Source of the DNA: Candidatus Xenobia bacterium
GTDB lineage: Bacteria > Vulcanimicrobiota > Xenobia > Xenobiales > QWHO01
Assembly (NCBI GenBank): GCA_045863235.1
Contig: BTUM01000014.1
Coordinates: forward strand, 1-64,000
Direction: 5' to 3'
Length of the DNA stretch: 64,000 nucleotides
In this document: in pieces, positions 62,443 through 64,000 of the stretch
Layout: each line of letters starts with the position of its first letter
How positions within the stretch are numbered: the first letter of the stretch is position 1
Translations under genes and position numbers: made by a program
Notes under the pieces: model-generated
What the model was told of the DNA's origin: nothing
The model's database searches: none
What the model saw: the letters and a program-made list of their open reading frames with translations, nothing else

Positions 62443-63975
62443 CTACGTCGGTTTGGGACGCAAACGTACGTTCACCTTCGCCTCGCGCGGATAGTGGGAA
62501 ACGTCGGAGGCGGACTGAAAGCCTGAAATGGGCTCAAGCTCAAAACGCTGCAGGAACCGGCCCAGGAAGACGGTCGACTCCAGCCGGGCCAGGTTCTGGC
62601 CCAGGCAGAGCCGGGTCCCACCGCCGAAGCCAAACATCTTGGCTGCCTGACCCCGAAAGCGCTCGGGACGAAACTGCTCTACGTCCTCCCCCCAGGCCTG
62701 CCGGTCTCGATGCGACTCGAGGGGGCTCATGACCAGGGTGGTGCCCCGCGGGACGAAAGTCTGGCCCAGGTAGGTATCCTCCTCGGCGACCCGCGCCAGC
62801 AGGTAGGCCGGGGAGTGGAGCCGCATCGTTTCCAGCAAGACCGCCTTGATCTCGCCCGACTGCCCGGGGCGAGGCAGACCGTCGTCCAGCGAGCCCCGAA
62901 GCTGCTGCTGGACTTGCGGGTGATGAGCCAGCTCCAGCAGGGCCCAGCTGAGCAGGCTGGCGGTCGTTTCATGGCCGGCCAGCATCAAAGTCAGCACCTC
63001 ATTGCGAAGCCGCTCCTGGCTCAGCGGCGGATCAGCCGCCAGCAACGCCCCCAGTGCATCCTGGCGCTGCTCTCCCGCGTCGCGCCGGTCAACGATCAAC
63101 CGGTCGGCCAGAGAACGCAGGCGCTGATGAGCGTCTGCCAGGGAGGAGGCCCCCAGGTGGGCCAGGCTCAAGCCGGTCGGATTGAGCGTCTCGGCGGCCA
63201 GCGTCTTACGGACCACCGCAAAGTCCTCCAGGGTGCCGTCCAGCTCGGCATCCGAGAGCCTGGCTCCAAACAGCATCTGGAAGGCCGCATCCAGGGTGGC
63301 CCGCTGGGTCAGGCGGCGAAGGTCGAGCTCCCCCTCCCCCACCGGATCGAAGTGGCGGTCGAAGACCCCGGCCAGGTGCTCGATGTTGGCCTGAGTATGG
63401 ATCTGGCTGCCACGCAGGACGGGCTCGAGCAGCTCCCGGCTGGTGCGCCAGGCCTCGCCAGTGCCGGAGAACACGTTCTCGGTGCCGAACAGATGACGAA
63501 AGCCGTGGGCCAGCTCGGGCGTCTTCTCCCAAACGCCCTGACCCTTCTTGTTGCGGGTGCCGGCCAGGGCCTGGTGCATCACCTCGGGGCGCGAATCAAA
63601 CAAGAGCAAGGGCTTGCCCGGCAGCCTGACCTGGAAGTGGCTGCCGTGGCGCTGGTGCAGTTCGCCCAGCACCTGGCGAGGATCGTCCAGGTGGCGCACC
63701 ACGCTGCCGATCAGCTCCAATCCGCTGGCTCGCGGAGTGGCCGCCAGGTAGGGACAGTTGCCCCCCGTAGCGCGAGCGAAAAGACCGAGTAACGGCGCCG
63801 CGGCCTCAGCTGCCGTGCGGCGGCCTTCCCCGGCCAGTCGCTGACTGGAGGGGCCCGACAGCTCGACCCCAGACAGGTCAACCGACTCGACTGGCTCGGA
63901 TCCGTGCGCCGCGAAAGCCCGGCTGGGCTGATACGTCGGGGCGGGCATGAACGGGCTGGCCGCATAGAGCTGCAT
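62443..63975 (-). CDS. Cytochrome P450 with an N-terminal extension
   Basis: I-helix AGHETT, ExxR (ETMR), PERF and heme motif FGGGTRLCLG. Confidence 0.95.
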   Translation of the reverse strand: MQLYAASPFMPAPTYQPSRAFAAHGSEPVESVDLSGVELSGPSSQRLAGEGRRTAAEAAAPLLGLFARATGGNCPYLAATPRASGLELIGSVVRHLDDPRQVLGELHQRHGSHFQVRLPGKPLLLFDSRPEVMHQALAGTRNKKGQGVWEKTPELAHGFRHLFGTENVFSGTGEAWRTSRELLEPVLRGSQIHTQANIEHLAGVFDRHFDPVGEGELDLRRLTQRATLDAAFQMLFGARLSDAELDGTLEDFAVVRKTLAAETLNPTGLSLAHLGASSLADAHQRLRSLADRLIVDRRDAGEQRQDALGALLAADPPLSQERLRNEVLTLMLAGHETTASLLSWALLELAHHPQVQQQLRGSLDDGLPRPGQSGEIKAVLLETMRLHSPAYLLARVAEEDTYLGQTFVPRGTTLVMSPLESHRDRQAWGEDVEQFRPERFRGQAAKMFGFGGGTRLCLGQNLARLESTVFLGRFLQRFELEPISGFQSASDVSHYPREAKVNVRLRPKPT

Positions 63976-64000
63976 AGCCTCAGTCTACCTACCAGCCTGG

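Overview
A high-GC bacterial chromosomal segment. The clpC-radA-PIN/TRAM-ispD order and Ser/Thr kinase suggest a Terrabacteria lineage, but the taxon cannot be fixed from this window. Housekeeping genes include nadE, rluD, hemW, ispD, radA, clpC, a parvulin PPIase, a KamA-like radical SAM enzyme and tRNA-Arg(CCT). There are also a polyamine/GABA catabolic pair, two NCS2-type permeases, a minor-pilin cluster, a di-heme peroxidase, a P450, a VapBC module and many hypothetical proteins. Two stretches look accessory: about 1-2290 and about 17300-22500. The strongest finding is a 743-nt non-coding, hairpin-dense element at 53868-54610 (minus strand) just upstream of radA. It has a well-spaced sigma70-type promoter, base-paired 5' and 3' ends, many GNRA/UNCG/YNMG tetraloops and a U-tract. 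It is a candidate large structured RNA that I cannot assign to a known family. Other points: an unannotated UGA-containing (UxxC) peroxiredoxin-like selenoprotein with a SECIS-like hairpin; a shared N-terminal 'D-x-V/F-E/D-L/F-S' leader on unrelated proteins; a cluster of 7-9 bp tandem duplications; a REP-like repeat family; widespread leaderless promoters; and two G-run frameshifts in adjacent FlgD-Ig-domain genes. All calls are by eye; no database search or folding program was run.
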